Positions 8,661 through 18,927 of a DNA stretch of 64,000 nucleotides are shown piece after piece. The DNA is taken from contig JADZAY010000009.1 of the NCBI GenBank assembly GCA_020852375.1, positions 12,690 to 76,689 on the forward strand. Direction: 5' to 3'. How positions within the stretch are numbered: the first letter of the stretch is position 1; the number at the start of each line of letters is the position of its first letter. The notes beneath the pieces were generated by a model. That model saw nothing but the letters and a program-made list of their open reading frames with translations. It was not told where the DNA came from and made no database searches. Source of the stretch: Candidatus Yanofskybacteria bacterium. GTDB taxonomy: Bacteria; Patescibacteriota; Minisyncoccia; 2-02-FULL-40-12; GWA2-44-9. The position numbers were made by a program, and so were the translations under genes.

Positions 8661-9311
8661 CTACTGACTCGGCGTCGGAGTGGGGGAAGCGGACGCAGAA
8701 GCCGACGGGGTTGGGGTTGGACTACCGCCGCCGATTCCTCGCATCGAGACGATGACCCGAATAAGCGCCTGGTGCGCCTCCCGGATCTTTCCGGTCACAC
8801 CCTTGTGCAGATCACGAATCTTCTGCATCGCATCGGAAAGCGAATTGCTCGCGATGATCGAACCGATCTGACCGGCCGCATCATCAAGCGCCTTCCTTGC
8901 GGCATCGATCTTCACGCGGGCCGCAGCAAGATCTGCCTTTTGGGTGGTCACATTCTTCCCGTTCGCCTCAGCCTTCTCCAATCGATCCTCAATGCGATCG
9001 GCGAGTTTGCGCTGGCGCTCGATCAGCTTCGCGAGACGCTCGCTGGTCTTCTTCCAAAACTTCTCGAGCCGCGTCTTCTGTTCCTCGGCCTTCTTCTGCT
9101 CACGCTCCTGACGGAGCTGTTCGCTTTTTGATGCGACCTCGTCACGCTTCTGCTCACGCTCCTGCTCGCGTTCATCGCGATTCTTCTGCCGCTCTTCACG
9201 AAGGCGCTCAAAGAACCCCTGCGAAGAGGATGAGTCGTCCGCAAGGGCGGGGGAGATGAGGCCTCCGACCATGGCGACCGTTACTGCCGCTACGAGGAAG
9301 TGTTTGTTCAT
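8661..9311 (-). CDS. secreted coiled-coil protein with Pro/Thr-rich C-terminus, hypothetical
   Basis: Signal peptide MNKHFLVAAVTVAMVGGLISPALA. Charged heptad-like region. C-terminal SPTPTPSASASPTPTPSQ. Confidence 0.55.
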   Translation of the reverse strand: MNKHFLVAAVTVAMVGGLISPALADDSSSSQGFFERLREERQKNRDEREQEREQKRDEVASKSEQLRQEREQKKAEEQKTRLEKFWKKTSERLAKLIERQRKLADRIEDRLEKAEANGKNVTTQKADLAAARVKIDAARKALDDAAGQIGSIIASNSLSDAMQKIRDLHKGVTGKIREAHQALIRVIVSMRGIGGGSPTPTPSASASASPTPTPSQ

Positions 9312-9417
9312 AACGCTAGTATATACGATATCCGCTACGCAGGGTATGACGCTCCCCGCGTCGATCTCTTACAGCACTGGCAAAAATGCGCCTTTTGTGC
9401 TATATTCCATACACTTT

Positions 9418-9488
9418 GGGCCTGTAGTTAAGTGGTATAACGGCGCATTCGCATTGCGCAAGCGGGAGTTCGATTCTCCCCAGGTCCA
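9418..9488 (+). tRNA. tRNA-Ala (anticodon CGC)
   Basis: G3:U70. Anticodon loop ttCGCat. Confidence 0.85.
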
Positions 9489-9498
9489 CCGATTGCCC

Positions 9499-11481
9499 AT
9501 GAATCCCATCCTCGACGGCCTCAATGAAAAGCAGGTCGAAGCCGTCACCACCACCGAAGGGCCCGTGCTGGTCATCTCGGGACCCGGGTCCGGGAAAACG
9601 CGCGCGCTCACGCACCGCATCGCGTACCTCATCGCGTCCGGCGTCCGCCCCGAGCATATCCTCGCCGTCACCTTCACCAACAAGGCGGCAGGGGAGATCA
9701 AAGAGCGGGTGACCTCGCTCCTCGGGCACCGTACCTCGCCGGCGGCGCGCCATCCCATTCCGACCATCGGCACGTTTCACTCAATCGGACTCCGCATACT
9801 TCGCCGACACGCGGAACGCATCGGATACGGTACGAACTTCACGATCCTCGACAGCGGAGATCAGCAGGCGCTCATTCGGCGCATCAGCGCCGATCTTGAG
9901 CTCGACTCGAAACGATACAGTCCGGGATCACTGCTCGGCAAGATCCAGAAACTCAAAACGGAACTCGTCGGACACCATCAGTACACCGGCACCGGACACA
10001 CGGAAAAGATCCTCGAGCGCGTGTACCGAGCGTACCAGGGTAGATTGGAATCGATGAACGCCGTCGACTTTGGAGACCTCATCTTCCTGACCGTCCGACT
10101 TCTCCGCGAACACCCCGATATTCTCGCGCACTATCAGGGCTTGTGGCGCTACCTCCTGGTAGACGAGTATCAGGACACCAGCCACGATCAGTACACGCTC
10201 ATCAATCTTCTTGCGGCAGGGCACGGTAACATCTTCTGCATCGGGGACGACGCGCAGTCGATCTACCTCTTTCGCCAAGCAGACATTCGGAACATCCTGA
10301 ACTTCCAGCGTGATTGGCCGAACGGAAAAGTCATCCTTCTTGAACAAAACTACCGCTCAACGAAAACCATCCTCGCGGCGGCACAGGCAGTCATCTCGAA
10401 TAACGCATCACAGATCCCGAAGGAGCTGTGGACCAACAATGCAGCGGGGGAGCAGATCACGGTTACCGAAACGGTCAGCGAGCGCCATGAGGCGCAGCAC
10501 CTTATTGAAACCCTCCGGACGCTCCAGCGCCGCCGATACACGCTGGCCGACTGCGCCGTTCTGTATCGGACCCATGCGCAGAGCCGCGCGCTCGAAGAGC
10601 AGCTCGTCCGCGCCGGCATCCCGTACCGCATCGTTGGTGGTATCCGGTTCTACGAACGAAGAGAGGTGAAGGATATTCTCGCGTATGCGCGCCTCCTCGC
10701 AAATCCGAACGACACGGTGAGCTTCGAGCGCATCGCCAATGTTCCCGCGCGCGGCATCGGGACGACGACCATCGACCGCCTCCTCGCCACTGACGCTCCG
10801 GATCGCATCTCGGCCGTCGGCATCCTCGCGCAAGAATATCCACCGACCGGAAGGGCGGGGAAGTCGCTCGATTCGCTTCATTCGCTTCTCGTGCGTCTCC
10901 AGCGCATTGCGCAAGAAAAGAAGCCGAGCGAAGTCATTCGTGCCATCCTCAAGCACACCGCATACGAAGACTATCTCCGCACTCAAAAGGGCCAGGATGC
11001 CGAGAGCGCCGAGGAGCGCGTTGAGAACGTACGCGAACTGCTGACCGTCGCGGCAAAGTACGACTCCGAAGGCTCTGCCGGTATGCGAACATTCCTCGAA
11101 GAGGTCGCGCTCCTTCAGGACACCGATCAGCTCGCCGCCGAAGACGCCGCCGTCACGCTCATGACCATGCACGCCGCAAAAGGCCTCGAGTTTCCAGTCG
11201 TATATGTTTGCGGCATGGAGGAGGGCCTCTTCCCGCACAGTCGGACCGTGTGGGCCCCGCATGAGCTCGAAGAGGAGCGCCGTCTCTGCTATGTTGCCAT
11301 TACTCGGGCTAAGGAACGCCTGTTCATCAGTCTTGCGAAGTGGCGCAACATTTTCGGTTCTCGGCAAGCGAACATTCCTTCCCGTTTTCTTTCGGAGATT
11401 CCCGCGCACCTGCTCTCGTGGCAGCGGATCGAACCCGACGACCGCTCTGCCGACGACGAGCGCATTGACTATGACTTCTAA
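9499..11481 (+). CDS. ATP-dependent DNA helicase, UvrD/PcrA/Rep family
   Basis: Walker A GPGSGKTRALTHR, motifs DEYQDTS, VGDDAQSIY, TMHAAKGLEFPVV. The ORF-track N-terminal extension through tRNA-Ala(CGC) is rejected; start at ATG 9499. Confidence 0.9.
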   Translation: MNPILDGLNEKQVEAVTTTEGPVLVISGPGSGKTRALTHRIAYLIASGVRPEHILAVTFTNKAAGEIKERVTSLLGHRTSPAARHPIPTIGTFHSIGLRILRRHAERIGYGTNFTILDSGDQQALIRRISADLELDSKRYSPGSLLGKIQKLKTELVGHHQYTGTGHTEKILERVYRAYQGRLESMNAVDFGDLIFLTVRLLREHPDILAHYQGLWRYLLVDEYQDTSHDQYTLINLLAAGHGNIFCIGDDAQSIYLFRQADIRNILNFQRDWPNGKVILLEQNYRSTKTILAAAQAVISNNASQIPKELWTNNAAGEQITVTETVSERHEAQHLIETLRTLQRRRYTLADCAVLYRTHAQSRALEEQLVRAGIPYRIVGGIRFYERREVKDILAYARLLANPNDTVSFERIANVPARGIGTTTIDRLLATDAPDRISAVGILAQEYPPTGRAGKSLDSLHSLLVRLQRIAQEKKPSEVIRAILKHTAYEDYLRTQKGQDAESAEERVENVRELLTVAAKYDSEGSAGMRTFLEEVALLQDTDQLAAEDAAVTLMTMHAAKGLEFPVVYVCGMEEGLFPHSRTVWAPHELEEERRLCYVAITRAKERLFISLAKWRNIFGSRQANIPSRFLSEIPAHLLSWQRIEPDDRSADDERIDYDF

Positions 11482-12241
11482 GATCTCTATTCCCGCAAAG
11501 CGATCGCTCGGCCAGAACTTTCTCGTCAATGAAGGCGTGCTCGACCGCATCGTCAGTGCCGCCGACATTCACCCCGGCGACACCGTGCTTGAGATCGGTC
11601 CGGGCAGGGGAGCGCTCACGCAGAAGCTCGCCGAAACCGGTGCTCGCATTGTTGCCGTTGAGAAAGACCGCCGCCTCATCGCTCCGCTCACAGAACTGTT
11701 CGCCGCGCACACGAACGTCGCCATCCGAGAGGGCGACGTCCTGAAACTTGATACCGACGACCTTTCGCTGGAGGCGGGCGCGTATAAACTGGTCGCGAAT
11801 ATTCCGTATTACCTGACCGGACACCTTTTCCGCCTCATGCTCGAAGCGTGGCCGCCACCGTCGTGCGCGGTGCTCATGGTGCAGCGCGAAGTCGCTGACC
11901 GCATCATGGCGGAACCGCCAGACATGAACCTCCTCGCGCTTTCAGTGCGCCTGCACGCGACTCCAAGCATCGTCATGCGCGTTTCTCGCGGCAGCTTCCG
12001 CCCCATTCCGGATGTCGATTCTGCGGTCGTTCGCCTCGCTCTTTCACCGCTGACAGCCGCCGAGCGCTCATCGAACAAAGATATTCTCGCTATTGCAAAG
12101 CGGGCATTCGGACAAAAGCGGAAACAACTCACTGCGAGCATCGATGAGGCCGTCCTCCAAGCCGCCGGCATCCCGCCACACGCACGACCCCAAGAGCTTT
12201 CCGTCGACGACTGGCGACGGATCGCACTGGCCTTTCATTAG
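11471..12241 (+). CDS. rsmA: 16S rRNA (adenine1518-N6/adenine1519-N6)-dimethyltransferase
   Basis: SLGQNFLVNEGVLDRIV, EIGPGRGALT, NIPYYLTGHL motifs. Overlaps the helicase stop by 11 bp. Confidence 0.9.
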   Translation: MTSKISIPAKRSLGQNFLVNEGVLDRIVSAADIHPGDTVLEIGPGRGALTQKLAETGARIVAVEKDRRLIAPLTELFAAHTNVAIREGDVLKLDTDDLSLEAGAYKLVANIPYYLTGHLFRLMLEAWPPPSCAVLMVQREVADRIMAEPPDMNLLALSVRLHATPSIVMRVSRGSFRPIPDVDSAVVRLALSPLTAAERSSNKDILAIAKRAFGQKRKQLTASIDEAVLQAAGIPPHARPQELSVDDWRRIALAFH

Positions 12242-12295
12242 ATATACACACAAGGCCTCATTTTTTGCGAAAAAAGAATGATAGAATGAGGTCAC

Positions 12296-13213
12296 ATGAG
12301 CGGAAGACTGAAATTCCTTCTCGCTGTTTTGGCTGTGGGTGCCGGCCTTCTTTTCTGGTACTTCGCAAGCTACGGCCCAGCACCCTCGAAGCAGGCGGTC
12401 TCTGCGTCGCTCTACCAGAAGACCACCGCGACGCTCCAAGACACCGATAGCGATGGCCTCGGGGATCACGAAGAGACCTATTGGGGAACGGATTTCAAAA
12501 ACCCTGACAGCGACGGCGATGGATTCTCCGACGGGGAAGAGGTGTTGAGCGGGCACAATCCCGCAAAGAAAGGTCCTGACGACTTTTTGAATGAACGCCG
12601 TAATCTGACCGAACGAACCAGCACACTTCTGTTGGGCGGCCTCGTTGCCGGAGACCTGAATCCAGAAAGCCCCCAGTACGAAGCATCAGTCACTGCACTC
12701 GTCGACCAGTTGTTCGATCAATACAGCGCGAACACCGCCGTCGAGCTCGATTCGCTCACCTACAGCGACAACTCCACGGACGCCCTTATTCGCTACGGTC
12801 TCGCCATGAGCCGGATTCTTCCGAAATTGTTCTCCGAAACCGCAGAAGGATTCGTGAAGACGCTCGGAGTCGTGGGAAGCACCCCCATCGATGCACTCTC
12901 GAAGCTTCAGAAAGAGCAACCGGAAACCTACCGCACATTCGCCGCATCCATCGACACCCAGATTGTGCTCCTGGAGACCTACGCGGCAGACCTTAAGAAG
13001 CTCAAGGTTCCACCATCCATGCGCACCGCGCACCAGAATATGCTCCTCTTCGTCCGCGGATACCAACAGCAGTACCGCGCGGTACGCGACATCAGCCGCG
13101 ACCCGCTCCAGGGCATTATCGCACTCCAGGTGCTTGAGTCGCTCACCGCGGACACCTCCATAGAAATCAGCTCTGATTTTTCAAATCGCCTCGCCCGGGC
13201 ATTCCAGCAATGA
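12296..13213 (+). CDS. membrane-anchored protein with thrombospondin type-3-like Ca-binding repeats, hypothetical
   Basis: N-terminal TM helix. DTDSDGLGDHEE and DSDGDGFSDGEE repeats. First gene of the co-directional T4SS-like operon. Confidence 0.55.
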   Translation: MSGRLKFLLAVLAVGAGLLFWYFASYGPAPSKQAVSASLYQKTTATLQDTDSDGLGDHEETYWGTDFKNPDSDGDGFSDGEEVLSGHNPAKKGPDDFLNERRNLTERTSTLLLGGLVAGDLNPESPQYEASVTALVDQLFDQYSANTAVELDSLTYSDNSTDALIRYGLAMSRILPKLFSETAEGFVKTLGVVGSTPIDALSKLQKEQPETYRTFAASIDTQIVLLETYAADLKKLKVPPSMRTAHQNMLLFVRGYQQQYRAVRDISRDPLQGIIALQVLESLTADTSIEISSDFSNRLARAFQQ

Positions 13214-14874
13214 AATCCCGCTTCATCGCAATTTCCATACTCGCAATCGCCTCGCTCTTTGCGATTGTTCTGGGAGGAGCTCGCCCCGCCACCGCTGCAT
13301 TCGACACTACCCAGCTCTCCCCAGGACAACCCGTGAGCCAGGAAACGAGCACCACGCTTTCCGATATCATAAAAAACCGCGGTCTTACCGGGGATCGCTA
13401 CAAACAGATCTGCGTCGCCGGAAACATCTTTACCCTTTTCAAGGGGAATCTTGATGAAATTGGAAAGCGAATACTGAACCAGCTTGGGGGAATACTGAAA
13501 GACGTGTTCGCGATCATGAAAAAGACTTTGGTCGCATGCGCGGCGAATAGCATTCTAAACAGATTCGGCCTCCCCTCGATCCCTTGTAGCCAGATCGTCG
13601 CATCGGAAACAACCGCATATTTGAAAGCACGCGCCGAAGTCGACTTGAAACAGAGCTTCATAGCGCGATGCGTGGTAGACCAGCAGATCAACGACATCAC
13701 CAACACCATCGACCGCATGATCCAGGAGCAGGGGCCGGAAGGCGGCCCCGCATGGGCAACCAACTGGATCGAGAACTCATACGTGAACCCCGACCGCCAG
13801 GCATACCGCCGCTTCTGGACCCTGCTCGTGAACACTGATATCTGCGAGTACATGCGGCAGGACGTATACAACTACTTCGATGTCCCGCAGTCGTACCGTG
13901 AAAATCCGCCGGTAATGAACCTCACCGAGCTCAGCGTTGACGGGGGAACCCCGTTCCCGCTATCAGCCGCATGCACTGCAAAAGGTTGGGCCCCGGGCAA
14001 GATCACCGATACCCAGACATTCGCCACGAATGGTGGCTTCGCTCTTCTGAGCCGCCTTTCAGAGCCCCAAAACAACCCTACCGGCTTCATCCGTCTCGCC
14101 GAAGCAGAGCTGAGAAAACAGCGGGCGACGATGATAGATTCGGTCACCAACCAACTCGTCAGCGGCGGTGGCGTGTTCCCGGTCTACGGAACGAAAGAGG
14201 AGAGCTGCAACATGGACCCCGATGGCAACTGCGTCACGAATGGCCGCATCCGTCAGGCGCCCGGCGTCGCTCGCGACCTCATCAACTCCTCGTTCAACGC
14301 ACAACTAACATTTCTCAATAACACCAACGGAACGACTGCGAAGGCCATGGAGGATATTTCCGCTCGCATCCGTGCGCGCATGCTCGATATGGCAAACCAG
14401 CCGCTCCCCATTAAGCTCGAACTCGGCCTTGAGGACGACCCGGACAACGTCATCACCCCAACCCCGACACCGAGCGTCTCCCCGGGCGAATATCCGCCCG
14501 ATGATCCATCCTGCACGGGCGGGAACCCACAGTGCACCTGCGTACGGAGCGAACCGAACGCCGTTGCGCTCGTCGGCTCGGTCGTCCGGAGCGCCGTCGA
14601 GCGAGCCATGCAGCTGAACCCGGCATTCTTTGATCCCCCGGGGAGCAACCGCATCGCTTCCGGCGTGAACTACCGGACCGTTCTTCAGGCGGTATGCGAT
14701 CAGATGCAGCCGCCGCAGGGAACCATCTGCAAGCCGCACCCGGGGCAAGACGATGAGATCGTACTGGTGACGCAAATCATGAGCATTTCAGTCGACGTGA
14801 TCACCGGCGACGGAGGATTGCGTTCGAACGGAGGCAACCCCGTCGCCGCATGTGAGCTTGGAGTTCAAGACTAG
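13210..14874 (+). CDS. large secreted protein, hypothetical (554 aa)
   Basis: Signal peptide. Cys-rich. PTPTPSVSP linker. 4-bp overlap with the upstream gene. Confidence 0.55.
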   Translation: MKSRFIAISILAIASLFAIVLGGARPATAAFDTTQLSPGQPVSQETSTTLSDIIKNRGLTGDRYKQICVAGNIFTLFKGNLDEIGKRILNQLGGILKDVFAIMKKTLVACAANSILNRFGLPSIPCSQIVASETTAYLKARAEVDLKQSFIARCVVDQQINDITNTIDRMIQEQGPEGGPAWATNWIENSYVNPDRQAYRRFWTLLVNTDICEYMRQDVYNYFDVPQSYRENPPVMNLTELSVDGGTPFPLSAACTAKGWAPGKITDTQTFATNGGFALLSRLSEPQNNPTGFIRLAEAELRKQRATMIDSVTNQLVSGGGVFPVYGTKEESCNMDPDGNCVTNGRIRQAPGVARDLINSSFNAQLTFLNNTNGTTAKAMEDISARIRARMLDMANQPLPIKLELGLEDDPDNVITPTPTPSVSPGEYPPDDPSCTGGNPQCTCVRSEPNAVALVGSVVRSAVERAMQLNPAFFDPPGSNRIASGVNYRTVLQAVCDQMQPPQGTICKPHPGQDDEIVLVTQIMSISVDVITGDGGLRSNGGNPVAACELGVQD

Positions 14875-14876
14875 CC

Positions 14877-17465
14877 ATGACCCTACGCCGATCCATAGTA
14901 TTTATAGGACTCCTCACCATCGCAGTCGCGGTCGTGCCGCATGCGGCGCATGCGGCATCAAGCCCTGTCGAGTTTTTGACTGACCCTGGACTGTACATCA
15001 CCGTCATGATCCGGGATGTCCTGCAGTTCGTCGCCGGCGTCTTGACGGACTTTATTGTATGGATCGGAGACCGTCTTCAAGAAATTCTAAACCTACCGCT
15101 CAGCACCGGTGGCGTCGCCGTGTATGCGGTATGGAAGATGCTCCGCGACATGTGCAACATGCTGTTCATCGTTGCATTTATCGTTATGTCATTCGCGACC
15201 ATCTTCGGGGTGTTTCTGAAAGGGGACTATTACTACAGCAACGCCATCAAGGGCGTGCTTATCGCGGCGATCACGATCAACTTTAGTCTCGCGGTTGGTC
15301 AGACGATCATTTGGGGAGGGAATGAAGCCACAAAAATGGTCCTCGATCTCCTCCCAGAAAACACCGGGGCATCGATTGCGTTAAAACTAAGGGTCCTCGA
15401 TGTCATCGGTGGGGCCCAGGAAGGCAACGCAATTTCTTCACCGAACCAAAACACTGCCCGCGGTCGACTCACGCCGGCGCAGCGGATCGTTTATGACGCG
15501 TGGAGTAAGGATGGCAACACCGATGCAAAAAAGGTTCTTGAGGACTGCTTAGCGCACAATGGAACCCCTGCACAATGCATGGAGCAGGCCACGCAGTCGA
15601 CGTCCTTCGCCGAAGACGTCTTGAGCGCGGCCGGAGCTGCCTACTCAACAACAGGGGAGGCGCTTACCGCCGGCGTCGAGGCGCTCGCCGGGCAAGTGGT
15701 GCCAGGTGGGGCAACAATCCTCCGATCGCTAACGGGAAGAGAAACTAAAGGGGATAAAGACTGGAAAACCCAGCTCGAAATAATCGAGTCGATCATCATC
15801 CAAATCCTCTTCCTGCTGGTTCTGTCACTCTCATTCCTCGCGGTGCTCGTCTTCATGATCATACGGATACCTGCGATGTGGCTCCTTCTTTCCGTATCGC
15901 CGCTCGCATTCTTCTCGCTTGCGATCCCGGGACAGAGTCGCTTCAAGGACTGGTTCAACGGTGTTCTCGCGTGGTCTATCTTCTCGCCTCTGTACCTATT
16001 CATCGTCTACATCGGCCTCTACCTCGTCGAACGCCAAGGCGCGCTCCTAGAGAGTCTCCGCGATCCAGGCGGCAACATCCCGTTTATCGCCGGGAACCTC
16101 GCATCACTTCTCTTCCTCATCATCGCAGGAGCTATCTTTATCGGTGGCGCTGGATGGGCGATGAAATACTCGTTCAGCCTCGGGAAAGGCATCGGCAACC
16201 TCGCCGTCGGAACTTGGTGGGGCGCTACCGCGGGGAGGTGGTTCGGTATGTCGGAGAAAGAGCCGGTACTATTTAGACTTGCCGGAAGCCTCACCGGCAT
16301 TACACCAAGACTCCAGGCCAGAAAAGAGCAGATCGCACAGAAATACGGGGATATCGTTGCTGGAGCCCGCGGACGATTCCCGTCGCTCCTGCGAACCGAA
16401 GAGGAGGCGCTCGCGTTGCGTCGAGAACAGCGCGGCGTACGTGGAGCGGACAAAAAATATGCAGATGCCATCGCAAAGCGCGTAGACACCCAAAAAGCCA
16501 TCATCGAATCGAACAGGCTTAAGACGGAGGACCTCAAGAAGCTCCTCAAAAGCGGCAACCGAGATGCCAAGCTTGCTGCCGGAGAGATTCTCCTCGGAAA
16601 AGGGGAGCTCACCGCCGAGGAGCGCGAAGTTGTGCTCAAGCAATACGGAGAAATATCGGGGCTTGCAAAGAAGAACTTCCAAACGAAGGTCACCGCGCAG
16701 CTCCAAAAGGAATCCGCGCGCACCTGGGCGAAATACACCGACACCGGGAAAGAGGGCGGGGCATTCGACTTCGAGAAGTTTATCGCCACCGCGCAGCAGG
16801 CGGGCGGATCCGAAGACAAACGCAAATTCCTCGAGGCGGCCATGCGCGGCGAGGTCGGTTCGCGAGCACGATTCGATGCGAGCCAACTCCAGAAACTAGC
16901 CGACACGCTCGACAACAATGAAGACAAGCGCCTCCTCTTCGAAACCGTTTCGAGGAGCGGCCGCAACAAGGTTGTCGCCATCGAAACTATGGCTGCCCTC
17001 GGACTTATCACCGATCGCGCCGGAAAACGCCTCGACGCCGCGGGAGCGATCGCCGATCGTATCGACTCTCTATCATCGCCAGACGATCTTCTAGATGCAG
17101 AAGATTATTACCAGCGATCCGGAAACCCGATGCCAACCCCAATCCAAGAAAAGTTTAATGCATCGCTATTCCGGGATCGCTCGAAGTCGGCGAAAATGCT
17201 CCGAAACGCAAACCCGGAACAAGTCGACCGGCTCTACGGTTCGCTTGTCCAGGAGGCTGAGCGCGTACGATCGGCTCAAGAGGGGATCGAATCCCAGAAG
17301 ACATCGGAGCGGCGCATCAAAAAGATCGAGGATCGCTGGCGAAGGCGCATGAAGGGGATTAAGAGCCAGCCAGCCCGAAGAAGTATTGAACGAAAAATTG
17401 AAAAACTCGGAGATATCCGCGAGAAACTTAAGCGGTCGTACGAACGCGCACGCAAAACGCTATGA
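14877..17465 (+). CDS. VirB6/TrbL-like polytopic membrane protein with long C-terminal charged coiled-coil domain
   Basis: Signal peptide, multiple TM helices interrupted by a large extracytoplasmic loop, about 400-aa K/E/R-rich tail. Assignment based on topology and its position just upstream of the VirB4 ATPase. Confidence 0.5.
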   Translation: MTLRRSIVFIGLLTIAVAVVPHAAHAASSPVEFLTDPGLYITVMIRDVLQFVAGVLTDFIVWIGDRLQEILNLPLSTGGVAVYAVWKMLRDMCNMLFIVAFIVMSFATIFGVFLKGDYYYSNAIKGVLIAAITINFSLAVGQTIIWGGNEATKMVLDLLPENTGASIALKLRVLDVIGGAQEGNAISSPNQNTARGRLTPAQRIVYDAWSKDGNTDAKKVLEDCLAHNGTPAQCMEQATQSTSFAEDVLSAAGAAYSTTGEALTAGVEALAGQVVPGGATILRSLTGRETKGDKDWKTQLEIIESIIIQILFLLVLSLSFLAVLVFMIIRIPAMWLLLSVSPLAFFSLAIPGQSRFKDWFNGVLAWSIFSPLYLFIVYIGLYLVERQGALLESLRDPGGNIPFIAGNLASLLFLIIAGAIFIGGAGWAMKYSFSLGKGIGNLAVGTWWGATAGRWFGMSEKEPVLFRLAGSLTGITPRLQARKEQIAQKYGDIVAGARGRFPSLLRTEEEALALRREQRGVRGADKKYADAIAKRVDTQKAIIESNRLKTEDLKKLLKSGNRDAKLAAGEILLGKGELTAEEREVVLKQYGEISGLAKKNFQTKVTAQLQKESARTWAKYTDTGKEGGAFDFEKFIATAQQAGGSEDKRKFLEAAMRGEVGSRARFDASQLQKLADTLDNNEDKRLLFETVSRSGRNKVVAIETMAALGLITDRAGKRLDAAGAIADRIDSLSSPDDLLDAEDYYQRSGNPMPTPIQEKFNASLFRDRSKSAKMLRNANPEQVDRLYGSLVQEAERVRSAQEGIESQKTSERRIKKIEDRWRRRMKGIKSQPARRSIERKIEKLGDIREKLKRSYERARKTL

Positions 17466-17986
17466 TCGAACCAACCGACCCACGAAGCCCGGAGGTGATC
17501 GAATATATCTCCCTGAGTCCCTACGCGGCGGCACTGCAGGGGAAAGACCCTATCGATCGGGAGTTGTTCGGTCTGGTCTTCGACGACCTCCCGGAGCCAG
17601 TGAAAGACACGCTAACCGATCCGACCACGGTGGAAACCATCAAGCAATGGGCGCGCGACGGTCTCTTTCCGGCAACACATGCTCCGGCCATCGCGAAGCT
17701 CATCGGGCTCGTCGCGCTCGACGAGGTTGCCTTCGAGGCCATCCCTCAACTCCTTGAGCGTATCGGGCTTTCCCGGGACCAAGCGGGGCGAACCACTGCC
17801 GCGATCACAAAACTCCTGCAGGCACTCACTGATGCGCGCGCGAACGAAACAGCAGAAGAGGCGGCGCCGCAGGAACTCCGTGAGCTCCCGCCGCTTACCC
17901 AACGCGTGCCTCCGCAAGGACCCCATTCTGGCACCGAGACGCCCGCGCGTAATATAATAGACTTACGCAAGAAGCCCGAAGCATGA
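17462..17986 (+). CDS. hypothetical protein (T4SS-like operon)
   Basis: 174-aa ORF translationally coupled to both neighbours. Confidence 0.45.
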   Translation: MIEPTDPRSPEVIEYISLSPYAAALQGKDPIDRELFGLVFDDLPEPVKDTLTDPTTVETIKQWARDGLFPATHAPAIAKLIGLVALDEVAFEAIPQLLERIGLSRDQAGRTTAAITKLLQALTDARANETAEEAAPQELRELPPLTQRVPPQGPHSGTETPARNIIDLRKKPEA

Positions 17987-18294
17987 AATTTCAAGTTCCT
18001 CAATTCATCGAGACGGAAACAAAGCTCATCGGGCCACTTACGCTCCGACAGTTCCTCTTCGTCGCTGGCGGCGTCAGCATGACCGCTATGGCGTATATCG
18101 CGCTGAATGGCATCTACTTTGCGATCGCCGCGATCCTCATTCTGGGATTCTTCGGAGCGCTCGCATTCGTACGGATCGACGGACAACCGTTCTTCAATTA
18201 TCTCGCCTACATGCTCGCGTACACGCTCGGCGCGAAGCGGTACATCTACCGAACCGGCGGGAACCAGAATCAATTCACACCACCTCATGCCTGA
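17983..18294 (+). CDS. PrgI-like / VirB3-like small two-TM membrane protein
   Basis: 103 aa, two TM helices (LFVAGGVSMTAMAYIALNGIYFAIAAILILGFFGALAFV), immediately upstream of VirB4. This arrangement is typical of Gram-positive and CPR T4SS loci. Confidence 0.5.
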   Translation: MKFQVPQFIETETKLIGPLTLRQFLFVAGGVSMTAMAYIALNGIYFAIAAILILGFFGALAFVRIDGQPFFNYLAYMLAYTLGAKRYIYRTGGNQNQFTPPHA

Positions 18295-18925
18295 ACCATC
18301 GACGACCGAACTGATCCAACTCCAATCCGTCTCGGACGGAGTCATCATCCTGAAGGACGACTCGCTCCGCGCTATCGTCGAGGTTACCGCCATCAACTTC
18401 GAGCTCCGAAGCGGCGAAGAACAGGCCGCCATTTTGCAACAATTCGCCGCATTTCTGAACTCCGTCGATTTCCCGGTCCAGCTCGTCGTCCACTCGCGCA
18501 GATTCGACATCAGCACCTACCTCGCCTCCGTACAGCAAGCCACCCAAGCACTGACTAATGACCTCCTGAAAGTGCAGGCGGAGGAATATATCCGGTTCGT
18601 CTCTGAGCTCTCAGACCTCGCGAACATCATGGCAAAGCGGTTCTACATCGTGCTGCCGCTTTCGGTCGTGCCGGTCGCCGCCAGCGGGGGATTTATCTCG
18701 GGAATCACCGGCCTGTTCAAAAAGAAGCCGAAAGAAACGGCGATCTCCCCAGAGCGCATCGCCCAATACAAGTCTCAGCTTCAGCAACGCGCGGAGATCG
18801 TCATCGGCGGCATCTCCGGCATGGGTTTGCGTGGGCGCATGCTCGAACAAGCGGAGGTCGTCACCCTGTTCAACGCGCTCTACAATCCGGTCATTCCCGC
18901 AACCAAGAAACCAGAAACACCGTAA
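18287..18925 (+). CDS. VirB4/TrbE-family protein, N-terminal domain fragment (split from ATPase domain)
   Basis: 213 aa starting MPEPSTTELIQLQSVSDGVIILKDDSLRAIVEVTAINFELRSGEEQ, resembling the N-terminus of conjugal-transfer ATPases. Ends with TAA 2 nt before the ATG of the ATPase ORF, in a different frame. Confidence 0.5.
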   Translation: MPEPSTTELIQLQSVSDGVIILKDDSLRAIVEVTAINFELRSGEEQAAILQQFAAFLNSVDFPVQLVVHSRRFDISTYLASVQQATQALTNDLLKVQAEEYIRFVSELSDLANIMAKRFYIVLPLSVVPVAASGGFISGITGLFKKKPKETAISPERIAQYKSQLQQRAEIVIGGISGMGLRGRMLEQAEVVTLFNALYNPVIPATKKPETP

Positions 18926-18927
18926 CC

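Noticed and set aside
9256-9498. N-terminal extension of the helicase ORF (741-aa version) running through tRNA-Ala(CGC)
   Set aside because: The extension overlaps a well-formed tRNA and lacks helicase homology. Conserved N-terminus MNPILDGLNEKQ starts at ATG 9499.
10408-11568. 386-aa minus-strand ORF antisense to the helicase gene
   Set aside because: Antisense artefact of a high-GC gene. No recognisable domains.
16019-17011. 330-aa minus-strand ORF inside the VirB6-like gene
   Set aside because: Ser/Arg/Pro-rich low-complexity translation antisense to a gene with coherent TM topology.
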